Shown here one piece after another: positions 13,501-26,596 of a stretch of DNA of 64,000 nucleotides (position 1 is the first letter of the stretch; every line of letters starts with the position of its first letter). The notes beneath the pieces were generated by a model. The model saw only the letters and a list, made by a program, of their open reading frames with translations, was not told the origin of the DNA and searched no databases. Origin of the DNA: Octopus bimaculoides (taxonomy: Eukaryota). The translations under genes were made by a program, and so were the position numbers. The stretch covers positions 5,269,131 through 5,333,130 of the forward strand of contig NC_068997.1 in assembly GCF_001194135.2 (NCBI RefSeq), in the 5' to 3' direction.

Positions 13501-15384
13501 TAACATACATCCCTTGGTGCCTTAAGCAGGTGCTTCTACAGTTTAATAATTAATCTAGGCATGTTATCCAGTGAAATAAGCTCACCTCTTCTTTCCAGCC
13601 TCCTCACACGTTCTGCATTCACTACTGTTTCTTGACCATGCAACAACACATTTAATACCCAAACATCACACTCTTCATACCCTTCAATTAGGGATGAAAT
13701 CACGAACGCGAACACATACACACACAAAAATTATTCTTTAACAAGCTTCAGAGCATGGGCTGTGTGTAAGTATTACATACATACATACGTGTGGGTGTGG
13801 GTGTTTGTGTCTCTTTGTCATGACATTGTGTCCTAGCTAGTTTTAAGTGAGCATCACCATAATGCAAGTGATGTTGTTCATTTCTAGTCTTCCTTGATAA
13901 CATATCCAGCTATCTTACTTGGAAACAAGTGGAGGTTGATGACAGGAAAGGCATCTGACTGTAGAAAATCTGCCTCAAGGAATTCAGTCTAACCTACGCA
14001 AGCACAGAAAAGTGGACATTAAAATGATGATAATGATGATGATGCACCCAATCTGACTTGGTCGAACCTCCCCTCTCTCCCAACCCTACAACCCATGTCT
14101 ATGCACCCAATTACTTCCTGACGAACCACCCTTCACAACCCAGTTTTCTCTCATCTGTCCCTCCCACAATTCATTCTCTCACCAGTCCATCACCTTTCCA
14201 ACTACAGAACCATCAACTCAGCTGCTATAATTATGACACCACTTCCTTCGATTTTCCTTTGCTGGATGAATCTTCTCATGCACAGCAAATCACCCATCAC
14301 CTTGGTCCTTTGTTATCTCTGTGAAGATCAACATCTCATCATCATTATCATTTAGCATGTTTTCCATGCAGCATAGGTTGGCCGGTTTGACAGGGAACCA
14401 GCAAGCAGCAGGGATGTGTTGAACTCCAATGTCATATCTGGCATCATTTCTACAGCTGAATGCCCTTCCTAATACCAATCACTTTTCAGACTGTATTGGG
14501 TGCTTTTTTTTTTTTTTTTGTGCTACCAGCTCTAGGGGTGTAACCATGTAATATGCAAGACAGACAGAAAAGGGAAACAGAAAAAGATTCCTGTATTAAG
14601 AGGAGTATTTGGGAAGGGAAGGTAATGGTAGGTGGCTATATGCCAGGCGTTAAAAGGCTGATAGGGGGACAGAGGCGTCTTGCTATAGAGGAGATATATG
14701 GTGGAAGGAGATAAGAGGAAGGTAGTGACTGGATGCTAGAACAAACTCTCAAGACACAAGAGAGTGAGCATAAGAGAAGACATGGGAGAAGATGAGAGAG
14801 TGGATGCTTTCATAAGACTGTGAGGAGGAGGAAGTAAACAGATGGAGATAGAGGTTAATGTAGTGAGTGATGAACACAGATGAGAGTGCATATGGTGGTA
14901 AATACCAGTATATAGAGAGATAAGGTTGGAGGTGCAAGAGTGGATCAGGAAAGAGAATAGAAAAGAAAGTATGTGCAAGGTGTAAGATCAGTAGAGAGTG
15001 AGATATAGGGATAAGAACTTTGTGAGTTTGTTAACTTCTCTACAAGTTTCTATTAACTCTACATGAATTGGTTTATCCTCATTGCTACTGTTGTGTCTGT
15101 CTTTCTATGATGGTTGTTGCTCTGACAGATATTGTTATATTCCAAAGTCATCGATAGAATGTTTCTATCTGGCACTGAATGACCCCCAGTCTTACAGTGT
15201 TATTATCCTCAAAGGGTTGGATCACTATAATGTCCACTCAGTATCACAGTATAATTATTGTATCAGCACAGACACGACTATCAATACAGTCTACATGTAC
15301 TCTCTTGATACTGGCTGGCGTCACCTTACTTATAGTGACTGCCTCATCCACTCATCATGTTCGAGGGGTGTACTATTATCACCA

Positions 15385-16600
15385 ATTCCCTACAACATTA
15401 ACTCTTAGGCCCTTCTATTCTAGACCTTGCTTCCATACCTGGAACTTCTTTAGTTCTGGTAGTGATTCAGCTATAAAGATAAGGTCATCAGCATAGAGGA
15501 GCTCCCAAGGTCAGCCTGTCTTAAATTTCTCTGTTATTGCCTGGAGGGCTATGATGAACAAGAGGGGGCTGAGGACCAATCCTTGATGAACCCCTACTTG
15601 TACTCTGAATTCTTCGCTGTACTCATTGTCAACCCTCACCTTACAGGTAGCGTCCCTGTACATGGCTAGTACAGCTCTCAGCAACTACTCATCTATCCCT
15701 AGTTTCCATATTGACCACCAGATAAGGGACTGGGGGACCTTGTCAAAGGCTTTCTCCAAGTCAACAAATGCCAAGTACAGAGGTTTATCTTTGGCTATAT
15801 ATTTCTCTTGCAGCGGCCTTACCAGAAATATAGCATCCCTAGCACAAAACCAAACTGCATCTCATCTAGACTAACTCTCCTCCTAATTAGTTGAGCTATA
15901 ACCATCTCTGTAACTTTCATCACCTGATCCAACAATTTGACACTTCTGTAATTATTTCTAAGGTATCATCTTTACCTTTGTAGCAGTTGACTATGGTGCT
16001 GCTACACCAGTCATTGGGCAGGACTCCTTCATAAACCGCCTGATTTACAATATGGGTGACTAAGTCATAACCCACACTGCCAGATATTTTAAGTATCTCA
16101 TCAGTGATTTCTGATGGGCCATGGGCTTTCCCAGTCTTTATGTCCTTAATTGCTTTATCTACCGAGGTACTGTCAATTTGGGTAGCTAGTCCCTCAATTG
16201 GGTCAACATTTGGCAGACTCTCCTCCCTCCATTCATTCTCCATGTTCAGCAATCTTTCATTATGGCATTTCCAAGCCTCATTGTTTGCAGAATCATTAAA
16301 TGCAAGTGCACCATCATCCATGCAGACACATTTCTCTCCTATGACATCACAATTTTCTCTCATACACTGTCTAGCAATCTGAAACACTCCAATTCTTTGG
16401 TCCTCACGTCTCTGAACATAGGCAAACTTCTTCTTTTCTGCTTCTCCCTTGGCTAGATATACCTGTCTCCTTGTTTCCCTTCTAGCTATCTGATATAGTT
16501 CCCTGCTACCCCCACTCTTCCAGGCCTGTTTCTTTGTTCTAATGCTCCTGGTGCATGCAGTAATGTGGATGATTGGTAGTGGTGAGGGAAGGATGGAGGT
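15385..16600 (-). mobile_element. Degenerate RTE-clade LINE, RT region
   Basis: ORF 15920-16606 (KAIKDIKTGKAHGPSEI...PNDWCSSTIVNCYKGKDD) continues to GVHQGLVLSPLLF...PWELLYADDL, with stops and frameshifts. Confidence 0.9.
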
Positions 16601-16982
16601 ATGCAACTCTTCTGGTACAGAAGTGAGGCAGAGCCCTGTAGGATTTCTGGTATAAGAGAAGTAATTTCTGGTTTAGGTGGTTGGGGCAAGAATGGGTGGG
16701 TGCATTGTGAATAAGCAACGGCCAGCTTTGCCTCAGGAAATAGAAATAGCAGTAAGAAGACACTAGTGAGGTGGAGAGAGAGAGAGAGAGAGAGTTGAAA
16801 GACTTTATTGCTGGGGGAAATCATGACAAGAATGAGAAAGACACAAGTTATAAAACAAGGTGAGAATATTTACAAATTTTAGAGAGATTGAGGGATAGAT
16901 CGCTGAGGAAATCATGGCAAAGTATGGAAACACATGGGTTATGAAATAGGGAGAGAATATTGCAAGGATTTAAAGAATTATG

Positions 16983-17021
<39 letters not shown>

Positions 17022-18112
17022 GATCAGAAAAGTTTGATTCAAATTTGTTGGTACTATTGAGTTTCAAGTGCAATGCTAGTCATCAACCATTTTGAATTTG
17101 AATGACAGAAGTTGATTGTTATTACCGTAAGGTTGGCTGCAACGAATTTGAAACAAACTGTTTTGATCCATTCATGTAACTCCCAATAAATTGGTTGAGC
17201 GCCCTTCTTTTGTTTGTCCATTCATTTGTACATATGTAGGTGTGTGTGTGTGTGTATGTCTTTGTGTCTGTGTTTGTTCCCCCCTCACTGCTTGACAACT
17301 AGTGTTGGTGTGTTTACATCTCAGTAACTTAGCGGTTTAGCAAAAGAGATTGATAGAATAAGTACTAGGCTCTAAAATGTAAGTCCTTGGGTCAATTTGT
17401 TTAAGTAAAACCCTTCAAGGCAGTGCTCCAGCATGGCTGCAGTCATGTGACTGAAACAAGTAAAAGAATAAAAGAACACACACACACACTGACATATATC
17501 ATACCATTTTACTATTCACTTTTCCATGCTCGCATGGATCTGACACAGTTTTTATTGAGGCAGATTTTTCTATGGCCAGATGCCATTCCTGTTGCCAACC
17601 CTTTCTCAGTCAAGGTAATATTTTCCCATGGTCAAACATATTTCTGCTGAACATTAGAAATGAATTTAAATTCCATGGAGGTTGACTATACTTTTCCTCC
17701 TTTCAGAGTCAATAAAATATGTACTAGTTGAGCACTGGGGTTGATGTAATCGATTTACACCCCCACCCACCAAATTGCTGGGCTTGTGCCAAAATTTGAA
17801 ACCAATATTAGAAATGAATGACATTCATTTATAATAATCACATGATGTCAGCACGAGGACATAAACCTGCACTTACTCACACATACATACATATATGAAC
17901 ACACGTTTGAATATCTACAACACGCTTCTTTTAGTTTCCATCTATCAAATACACTCACAAGGCTTTGTTTAGCTGAGGGTTATAGCACAAAGCACCTATC
18001 TAAGTTGCTATGCAGTGAGATCAAACCCAAAACCATGCAGTTGGGATGCAGCCATACTGTTATCTCCCTGCAATATCATTTATCCATTCGCATATGTGAA
18101 TGGACAAACATA

Positions 18113-19385
18113 TGAAGGTCAGCTGAAAAGTTCATAGGCTGACCAAGATACTCTTGTGAAATGTGACCAAATGAGGTTTATTTTTCAACATAGAACCCTT
18201 TGTGGTCCATAGACTTCTTCCAATTGTGTTGCAGTGCTTGGATCCCATGAGGGAAAAAGCTTTCATTTGTTGGCCAAAAAAATCACAAACAGTAGATATG
18301 ACGTCATCATCACTACAATACTGATTCAAAACCAAGTGTTTTTTCATGTTGGTGAATCGATGATAGTCAGATGGGACAAAATCAGGAGAACAGGAAGGGT
18401 GATCAACAAATTTGAAGTCACGGTCATGCACAGCAGCCATTGAAATCAAAGGACTTGTGTGCTGAAGCATTGTCCTGATGAAACAAATTTCCTTTCATCA
18501 GTTTTCCTGAACATTTGGTCATGATAGCCTTTTGTAATTATCTCAGCAAGTTCGCATAGTACTCTCCATTGATGGTGTGGCTCTTTTGAAGATAGTCAAT
18601 AAACACAATGCCTTTTGCATCCAAAAAAACTAATGCCATCACTTTCCCTGCAGATAAAACAACTTCTTTGGAGGGGCAAGGAGGGTTGTTTCCACTGCAT
18701 GGATTTTCTCTGACACATAGATATGAACCCAACACTCATCCTAGCTTAGGAAATGTTCAAGGAAACCAGCTGGATCTACTTCAAACAATGTCAGATTTCT
18801 CCATGATGCAATCACTCTGTTGCACTTTTGATCAGATGTCAGAAGACATGGCACCCACCAAGCAGAAACCTTCATCATGCCAAGTTCATTGTGCAAAATA
18901 TTCTCAACTCTCTCATGGGATATGCTAACAGCATTGGTTATTTGATTTATAGTTAATTGTCTGTCATCTATCACCATGTGGTGAACAGGATCAATGATTT
19001 CATTGGTGGTGGTAGTTGTTGGATGCTCTTGGGTGATCTTCAAGATACTCCCTTCCCGTTCTAATTTCAGCTGCCCACTTTTGCATGATGATAAAGCTGG
19101 AGTGTCATTGCCTAATGTAGTAACCATCTCAGCATAAACGTCCTTGGAGGCTAAACTCTTTTTCTGGAGGTACTTGATGATACCATAATGCCAAATTTTG
19201 TCCATTTTTAACAAATGTCACTACTAGTTACTTTTGAAGTTTTCTTTGAACAGTCAGATGTCAGTGTACCTGGAAGGAAACAATGCAGTTATTAACAAGG
19301 TGAGCTGAAATGAACGCATGCTATATTTCACAGTTCTAACATTACTCTTTCATAGTCACCCTATGAACCTTTCAGCTCACCCTTG
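18113..19385 (-). mobile_element. Full-length but frameshifted mariner (DD34D-like) transposon, 1273 bp
   Basis: Imperfect TIRs of about 33 bp (TGAAGGTCAGCTGAAAAGTTCATAGGCTGACCA and its counterpart), flanking TA dinucleotides, and motifs WVPCLL, KVMALVFLD and SPDFVPSDY spread over three ORFs. Confidence 0.92.
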
Positions 19386-19589
19386 TATACACCCATTCAT
19401 CAGAGAATGTGTGTGTATGAGTTAGTCTCTTCTAACATAATTCTATTTATATCCAAGATGCATCACAAGGCAATGTTGACCTGAGCAGGATTTGAACTCA
19501 CAATATAAACAGCTATCATTAAATGTACCAGATATTTTGTTTGACACACTAATTCAAAGTAAATGCAACTGTGAATATTAAGGTATTTG

Positions 19590-19900
19590 TATGTATGTAT
19601 GTATGTCTGTCTGTATGTATGTGTGTGTGTGTACACGTCCGTATGTAAGTGTATGTTATTGAGTCAGAAATACAAGAAGTCAGGTTGGATTTTTCTGGTA
19701 CATAGGTATGTGTGTATGTATGTACATACCAGTGTGCGTATGTCTTGATATGTGAATGTGAGCTTATGTGTTTTTGAATTCAAGCCTCTGCATGTGTGTG
19801 TGTGTGGGGGTGGAGAAATAAAGTCTGTATATAAGTGTGTGTGTTTATGAGTCCGACAGGGTGTTTTTGTGTTATATATGTGTGTGTGCGCGTATGCATT

Positions 19901-19933
<33 letters not shown>

Positions 19934-19947
19934 ATGCGTGTATATAC

Positions 19948-20036
<89 letters not shown>

Positions 20037-20250
20037 GCGTGTATATACATACATATATATATGTATATATATATATATATGTATATATATATACATATAT
20101 TATATATATATATTTATATAAAACTGGCTGCACATATTCACAAACATACTTATGCATTTTTTCTACGGGTTACGAAATCCATCAATATATAATAGGACTT
20201 ACAGCAAAAACTATATGTAAAAATACCCTATACACATACATATATATTTG
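19590..20250. repeat. Long compound (TA)n/(TG)n microsatellite block
   Basis: Uninterrupted TA run of about 70 bp within about 650 bp of dinucleotide repeats; source of many spurious YIYI ORFs. Confidence 0.95.
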
Positions 20251-21432
20251 CACATGCACGCACATACAAATCCTAACTACGCAATGTGGCCGCCAAAGGG
20301 GAGCGACTAGAGCCATTAACCTGAAGGAGAGAGAGAAAGAAAGAGAAAGAAAAAAGTGACTACTCAGCAAACCAGCTGCTCAGTTATAATTATTGTTTTT
20401 TTTTCTAACAACAGAATAGAAAAGAAAGCTAGAAAGATCCTGGTTGAGAGAGAGAAAGAGAGAGAGAGATCCATAAACATTGCAGGCATATAATATATAT
20501 AGATATATTAGACACAGTGGGTGACAAGAAGAAGCAGTCGACGGACATTTCCCTATAAGTAGTCACATGACAATTCCAACCTTGTGTGACTTAAAGAAAC
20601 ATTTAAGTTGGTCGTTGTTGCTTTAATTTCACTTTTACGTGCTCCAACCACACTTTCTCCTCTGCGGTTCGACCACGAACAACATTCTTTTCTCACTTTG
20701 TCCACAATTCCAACTCTTGTTTTCGAGTTGGTCTACCGATTTTTACTCTTCTTTTTCCTTCTCTCTCTCTGTTTTTTAAAACTTCCATGCAAATTCTTTA
20801 AACTAAGATGGTTTGATATTAAACCTGTGAAAGAAATAGATTTATTTCCCGAAAGTCATTGAAAAAGACTTCTTTTACAAATTATTTGCCAATTTTTACA
20901 TGCATACACACATATATATAACATACATAATATATACATAATATATATATATATATACACTATATGTGTATATATTGTATTAATGTATAGATACCAATTT
21001 ATATGTGTAGATACATATAAGCTTTGTTGAGACATGATGTCATTGGAAGAAGATTAAATATAGGTTTGTAAGAATATTTTTTACTCGCTTTATTGTTATT
21101 TGAATTTTCTTATGAATTACTCTTATTCCAAACGTGAAACACATTGAAATACTATAGAATCTCCAGCAAAGATATTCTTTTTACATTTCTTTCCAAAGAT
21201 GCCATGTACTTGAACTTTTTTTAAAAATTTCTTCAATTAAGTATGGAAAAATATTTTTATTCGTGAAATTATATATCATTGTGCTTGTCAATTACTTTTT
21301 ATCTCTTTGTTTGTTTTGTCTTCCATATTCAAATGAAAAAAAATGTTTTATTTAAATTTAAAAAAAGCGTCGTAGATTTTTCTGAGAAGTCAATATATTT
21401 TTTCTCTTTCATACCAAAATATTTCTGCTGCC

Positions 21433-21551
21433 ATGCAGGCGGGAGGTAGAACAAATGTAAGAAGAGCAACTTGGACATCAGTGCCGCTAGCAACGACAGT
21501 GATTAGAACAGCCCTCCCTTCCTCCCTCATAAAAAAGATGCATAGCAATAG
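21433..21551 (+). CDS. KANSL2: KANSL2 first coding exon (start at ATG 21433 or ATG 21538)
   Basis: Open frame MQAGGRTN...KKMHSNR ending AG|GTAAGT (phase 2), which fits the next exon. MHSNRINR resembles the human start MNRIRIH. Confidence 0.7.
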
Positions 21552-22772
21552 GTAAGTAATGCAAAATTTCTTGTCATCTTTATATTATTTTAACTTCTTC
21601 GTTGTAATTTAGATCCCTATTTTATGTCTTCGTTTGGTTTCTTCATAGGGAAAATAATTGTGTCTTTGGTAAATGATGTCTGTATATAAAGTGACTGTGA
21701 CATGATCATTCGGCTGTTCCATCATGTTGTCAATGGCAAACATGTTGCTTCATGAAATTCCATTAAAAAAAAAAAAAAACTGGGGGAAACTCAGTCCTGA
21801 ACCTTGTTGGTGATGATGTTTAAAGCCCCTGCTTTTGGCCAGTCGATACATTTCCTGTAAGGTCAACTGAACATTAATTCTTAGTCAAATTACTTAGCGA
21901 TTTATTATTTCCCGAACACGATTCCTGTTGACAATGCAAAGTTAGGAATTGTTTTATATTAATTAATGTTGCAATTAATTGATATAAAGGTTTATTTAAT
22001 GAATGTTGTGAATACCTTGAATGGAAAAGGCATCACTTACTATTTATAAATTTGTCTTCGTAGTAAATTACTGAACTTAAAAAAAAAAATAAAAAAATAA
22101 TATTTAGGTTTGATTAATATAAATGTTGGCCTTTATGAACCTGAACACCTTGACTTCTCACTCGCTTGTTTTATTAAGTCTTTATAGTAATATTACTGAA
22201 CTTTAAAAATAATTATATCTTGTATTTTTATAAAGGTTGGCCTAATGTTAACACCTTTGAATATACAAGGTATCGACCTACCTTTTCTTCTTTTTATAGT
22301 ATACTACTCAACTTAAAAATAATTGTGATTGATACAGATGTTGCTCTAATGAATCTGAACACCTTGAATGGAAAGGGCTTTGATCTAGCTTATTAAAATC
22401 TTCATCGCTGCATATTTCCAAACTTAAAAAAAAATTGTTTCTAAATTTTCATTTATTTAATTGAAATAAATATATTCATGAGGTTGCCCTTTTCTTTGCT
22501 GACATAATTTTTATTTGTTCAATTCTGACAATGAAATTACAAGATCACCATTTTAACATTTCTACAGAAACTCTACAAGGTAGTCTTTAAAAGATAACTA
22601 AATTCATATAAAGTTCACTGGTCAACATTACAGTTCTGAAATAGTTTTTTACATATCTATACTGACTCTTTTTACATTTTGTAGACCTTTTAAAATTAAA
22701 CTTTTTATAGAGCAAAATGAGCAATCGACCATTTAAGGTGCTAAGGAAGAATTTATAAAAATTAATAATGGA

Positions 22773-22806
<34 letters not shown>

Positions 22807-23092
22807 GGTCAAAGGTAAAAAAAAAAAAAATCTTTCCCAATGCCTCAGTTCCTCGTCAGCAGAAATCTGTAATGGTCTATGTTGATGCGAGGAAAGTTAG
22901 TTGAAAATTGCTTACTGAATTGGTGTAAACGATCTTAAAAAATGTCCATAAGAAAACCAGTTTATTGTAAAGGACGAGAGGCCATGTTTGTTAAGGAGCA
23001 AAGTCGGAGAATTATTGATTTTAGTGGCCGAACATCGTATACCCTCCCTTAACGTTCAACTTAACAGATATTAACCCCAGCTAGCGTATGTA

Positions 23093-23125
<33 letters not shown>

Positions 23126-25782
23126 TTGGTCTAAACTAGTAATATCTTTTGACGTTATTTGAAATTGACGTAGTTCTTCATTTTAAGGCGTCCATTAGTA
23201 ATTTTTAACTATGGAAGCCCGTCTGGACAGTAAATATCGACTCCATTCATCCTCTTGTTCTAGTTTCGTCCCCGCCATAACATCTCTCCACAGCTTCTTC
23301 TTCACATTTACCTTTCGCCCCCCCCCCTTCTGTGAGCCAGTGTCACTTGATTTGTGTTCGGGGTTTATTGTTTTCACAACGTATCGCGAAAGTTGACTGA
23401 AGATAGCTTCCACCTTTATGCTAAACCTTGAGTTTAACCAACGAAATCTAAAATACGACCGATTCGCCTTTTAATCATATTTTTGTTAGATGAAAAAAGA
23501 AATCCAAATATTTCCCACAAATTATTCTATTTTTTCAACAGTTGTTAATTTATTTTTCGAAAATATTTTCTCGTTTTAGATTTTATAAAAAGTGAAAAAT
23601 TGAATTATCTAAACTTTGTAGAGCGAAATAATCAAATTTCGATTCTATGAACAAATTTATACCAAAGATTTCTCCATCTACTAAAGGAATTTATTCCAGT
23701 GCCTCAGTTATATTCTGTAAATATTGATTTATAAAATGATTGCATTTACAACCCCCCGAAATGCTAGAAATAACAGCAAAATCCTCATATCACAAACCAC
23801 CATCTTAAGTGTTTCTCTTTTAATCTAAATTATTTTTGAAGATGAATTAGTCACGGTTGGAAACACTTTCTGTTTGAACAACTCACTTGGATTTTGACAT
23901 TTTTTTCAGCAATTTTTTTTCTTTTAGTTTCCGCTTGCATACCTCATCATAGACTTACAAATAGTGAAGATGTCTTTTGCTAGAAATGTCATGGGAGTGC
24001 TGAAGGTGCCGCATTGTTTTAGTGATGACTAACAGCGAACAATTCTGCATTAAGGGCTGATCCCTCAGAACCTTGTCATTGCTGTTTAACCCCAGGTCAA
24101 CTTAAGCAGACCTACGATAGATCTGTTCGGGGCTTTTTCTTTTTCAGATACATGGTATTTAGGATCGCATTTACCCCCTGAACTCCATCTCATTTCCTAA
24201 CCTTTCATCCAACTCGTCATTGGCCGTCTTCTCTCGGCCCTTGTTCATCATTCAGTATATTTGCATCCCTTTTCCATCTCTTCCTATATCTCGCTCTCTC
24301 TCCATACATTTTTGCTGCCTCTACTCAGCCAAACTTCTTGTTCCATCCCCCCTCCCAACCTGGTACTTTGTCACCATCTCTTTGTTCCTCTTTCCGCCTT
24401 CATCTTGATTACTCTCACCCACTCTTGTATAACGTGAGTTACCATGTAGCTAGCTCTACAGTAAGAAATTGGAATAGGTTTCTTGCTGTTGTGTTGATCC
24501 CATTAAAAAGGCACCCAGTACACTGTAAAGTGATTAGCATTAGGAAGCTCATTTAGTTATAAATCATGCCAGTCCACGCATTGAAGTACAGTGCAGTCCT
24601 TCGACCAGTTAGATTCTGTCAAACCATCCAACCCATGCTGGCAAAGAAGACAGCTGTTACAGGATTTTATTCATATATAATGCAAGATAGCAGCTGTAGT
24701 GTGATATAAGAGAGATTTTTGCTATTTTTATCAAGTTGAGTGGCCAAGTGTTTGGTTTGCTCACCTGTTTTCCTGAGTAATGATGCTGTCATTATCTGGA
24801 TGTTTTATCTCAGGTTGTGTACAGCCTGTTTATCCAAAATCAGTCCTGATGGCACAGGCCTAGGGTCAAAGGCATTCTAGCCTTGGTAATCCATCTTTTT
24901 CCTTCAGTGTTTAAGATTGCATCATTAATTGTGTACCTTTTTAATACATTATTGATCAAGTGACTGTGTAGTGTTCAGTTTTTTTCTGCTGTGATGTGAT
25001 TGTTTCTGTTCATAGACATGTCTATGTCGAGCAGATAAGATCAAACCATAAGGTCATTTGTCTCAAGTTGATGTTAATTGTGCACAATTAAGTGTTATAA
25101 CCAAGGACTTTATCTGTGTATTATTTCAGAGGCCTAGAGTACATAGGGCTACCTTACCCAATGTACTATTTAAGACAGTAGGGTGTGCTGTAAATGAGAT
25201 ATAACTATCTCCAGCAGATAAAGCATTGATTTCTCAAATAAGTGTGGGTAGGATGAGGATATTAGCAGCAGATGTAGTAACTGGGTTGGCAGGTTGAGGT
25301 GAGATAATGAAGCTGTAGATACAAGGTATGTAATGACCTTGGGAACTCGCTCCTACAATAACCTTGGACCAGTCTCAGTCTTGTGAGCTGACTTAGATTA
25401 TGTAGGTATTTGTCTGTTGAATTACCCATTCTTGGAGGTAACCAGTTTAACACCACAAACTAGTCCCTGTGGGTGCCATTAAGTTTTGTTTCTTGCAAGA
25501 CTGTTGGGTGGAAGTTATTTTCTCGAGACCTGATAAAGGTTAGTAGTAATGTCAAACCAGACAAGGGATTAGTTCTGCCAACCAAGAACTGGCTTGCAAT
25601 ATTCTAGGGTTGGGGGTCAAACCAGAAACTTTGTAGTTGTGTGATAGACACAACCATCACTGTCTTGTATCAAACAAACTCAGTATTGTAATGTGTTACT
25701 TCTTATTGCTGCAATCCATACATTGCAGTGTCTTCCCACTACCAAAGATGGTGGCCCTTTTGAAATGTCATGAGTACTTTAA

Positions 25783-25989
25783 CCTTTTTGATACCAACAC
25801 ACTTTAGACCAGCCTTGATTCTGTAATACAATCTTGTTTTAAAGTGATCTAAATTAAAACCTTTTCACTAAAATTTCTTGTTGATTTATGTTCCAAACAT
25901 CAGCTTAATGACAGTTATTTTACTGAATTATTCATTACTTTCAATATTAGTTGAAACTGTTTTTCAACTGAAATATGGTAACAAAAGGA
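25783..25989. mobile_element. piggyBac-like MITE, family B copy
   Basis: TTAA|CCTTTTTGATACC ... AAAAGGA|TTAA. Confidence 0.68.
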
Positions 25990-26362
25990 TTAAGTTTTGA
26001 GTGTTAAGGTATTATTTCTGTTACCAACTAGACTGAATTAGGCAAACAGAGAATGACTAAAAACTGAGATGAAGTGTGAAATCACAAACTGGATGGTTGT
26101 ATTGATACAAATGAGAACAGTATTGATGGTCCAAGAGAGAAAACTTTATCAGAAGGTTTCTGTGCCAAATACGCCAATGTCAAGGGTAATAATTTGGGTT
26201 TGCACTAAAACTGCAGAAATCTTTTTATTGCTATACAGCACCAACTTAGCATATATGTGTGATAGCTTTGATGGTATTCATTAGGATAAAAACTTTCATT
26301 TTGTAGCTTGATTCAGTGTTCAGTATGATTAATTTCTTGTCAATCTTTTTTTTTCTCTTTAG

Positions 26363-26596
26363 AATTAACCGAACCAAAAACAGTTTTCTGAAGCGTCAAA
26401 CTAAAGGTCCTGTGGAAGGATTATTTTGTAACTATAGTCATCGAGTATGTATGCAAAACCGATTGGATGGCTCCCTGTATTGTCTAAAACACATACTTGA
26501 AGACAAAAACACTCCATTTAAACAATGCAGTTATGTAGCGACCAAGACTGGTAAAAGGTGTCCAAATGCAGCCCCAAAAGTTGATCGCAAAGATGA
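26363..26596 (+). CDS. KANSL2: KANSL2 coding exon 2 (first C3H-type zinc-finger-like DNA-binding domain)
   Basis: [52 protein letters not shown] matches human [34 protein letters not shown]; bounded by tttag| and |gtaagt. Confidence 0.96.

Noticed and set aside
13478-13510. TCCTTAAC resembling a U12 branch site
   Set aside because: Lies inside a SINE-like repeat in intergenic DNA with no associated exon
19664-20359. ORFs rich in YI/CV/HT (also 37149-37959, 62728-63302)
   Set aside because: Translations of dinucleotide microsatellites and N gaps
23195-23278. MAGTKLEQEDEW as a duplicate of the cyclin T start MAGSEKEERW
   Set aside because: Similarity is limited to MAG plus acidic residues, the frame stops after 27 codons and no donor follows
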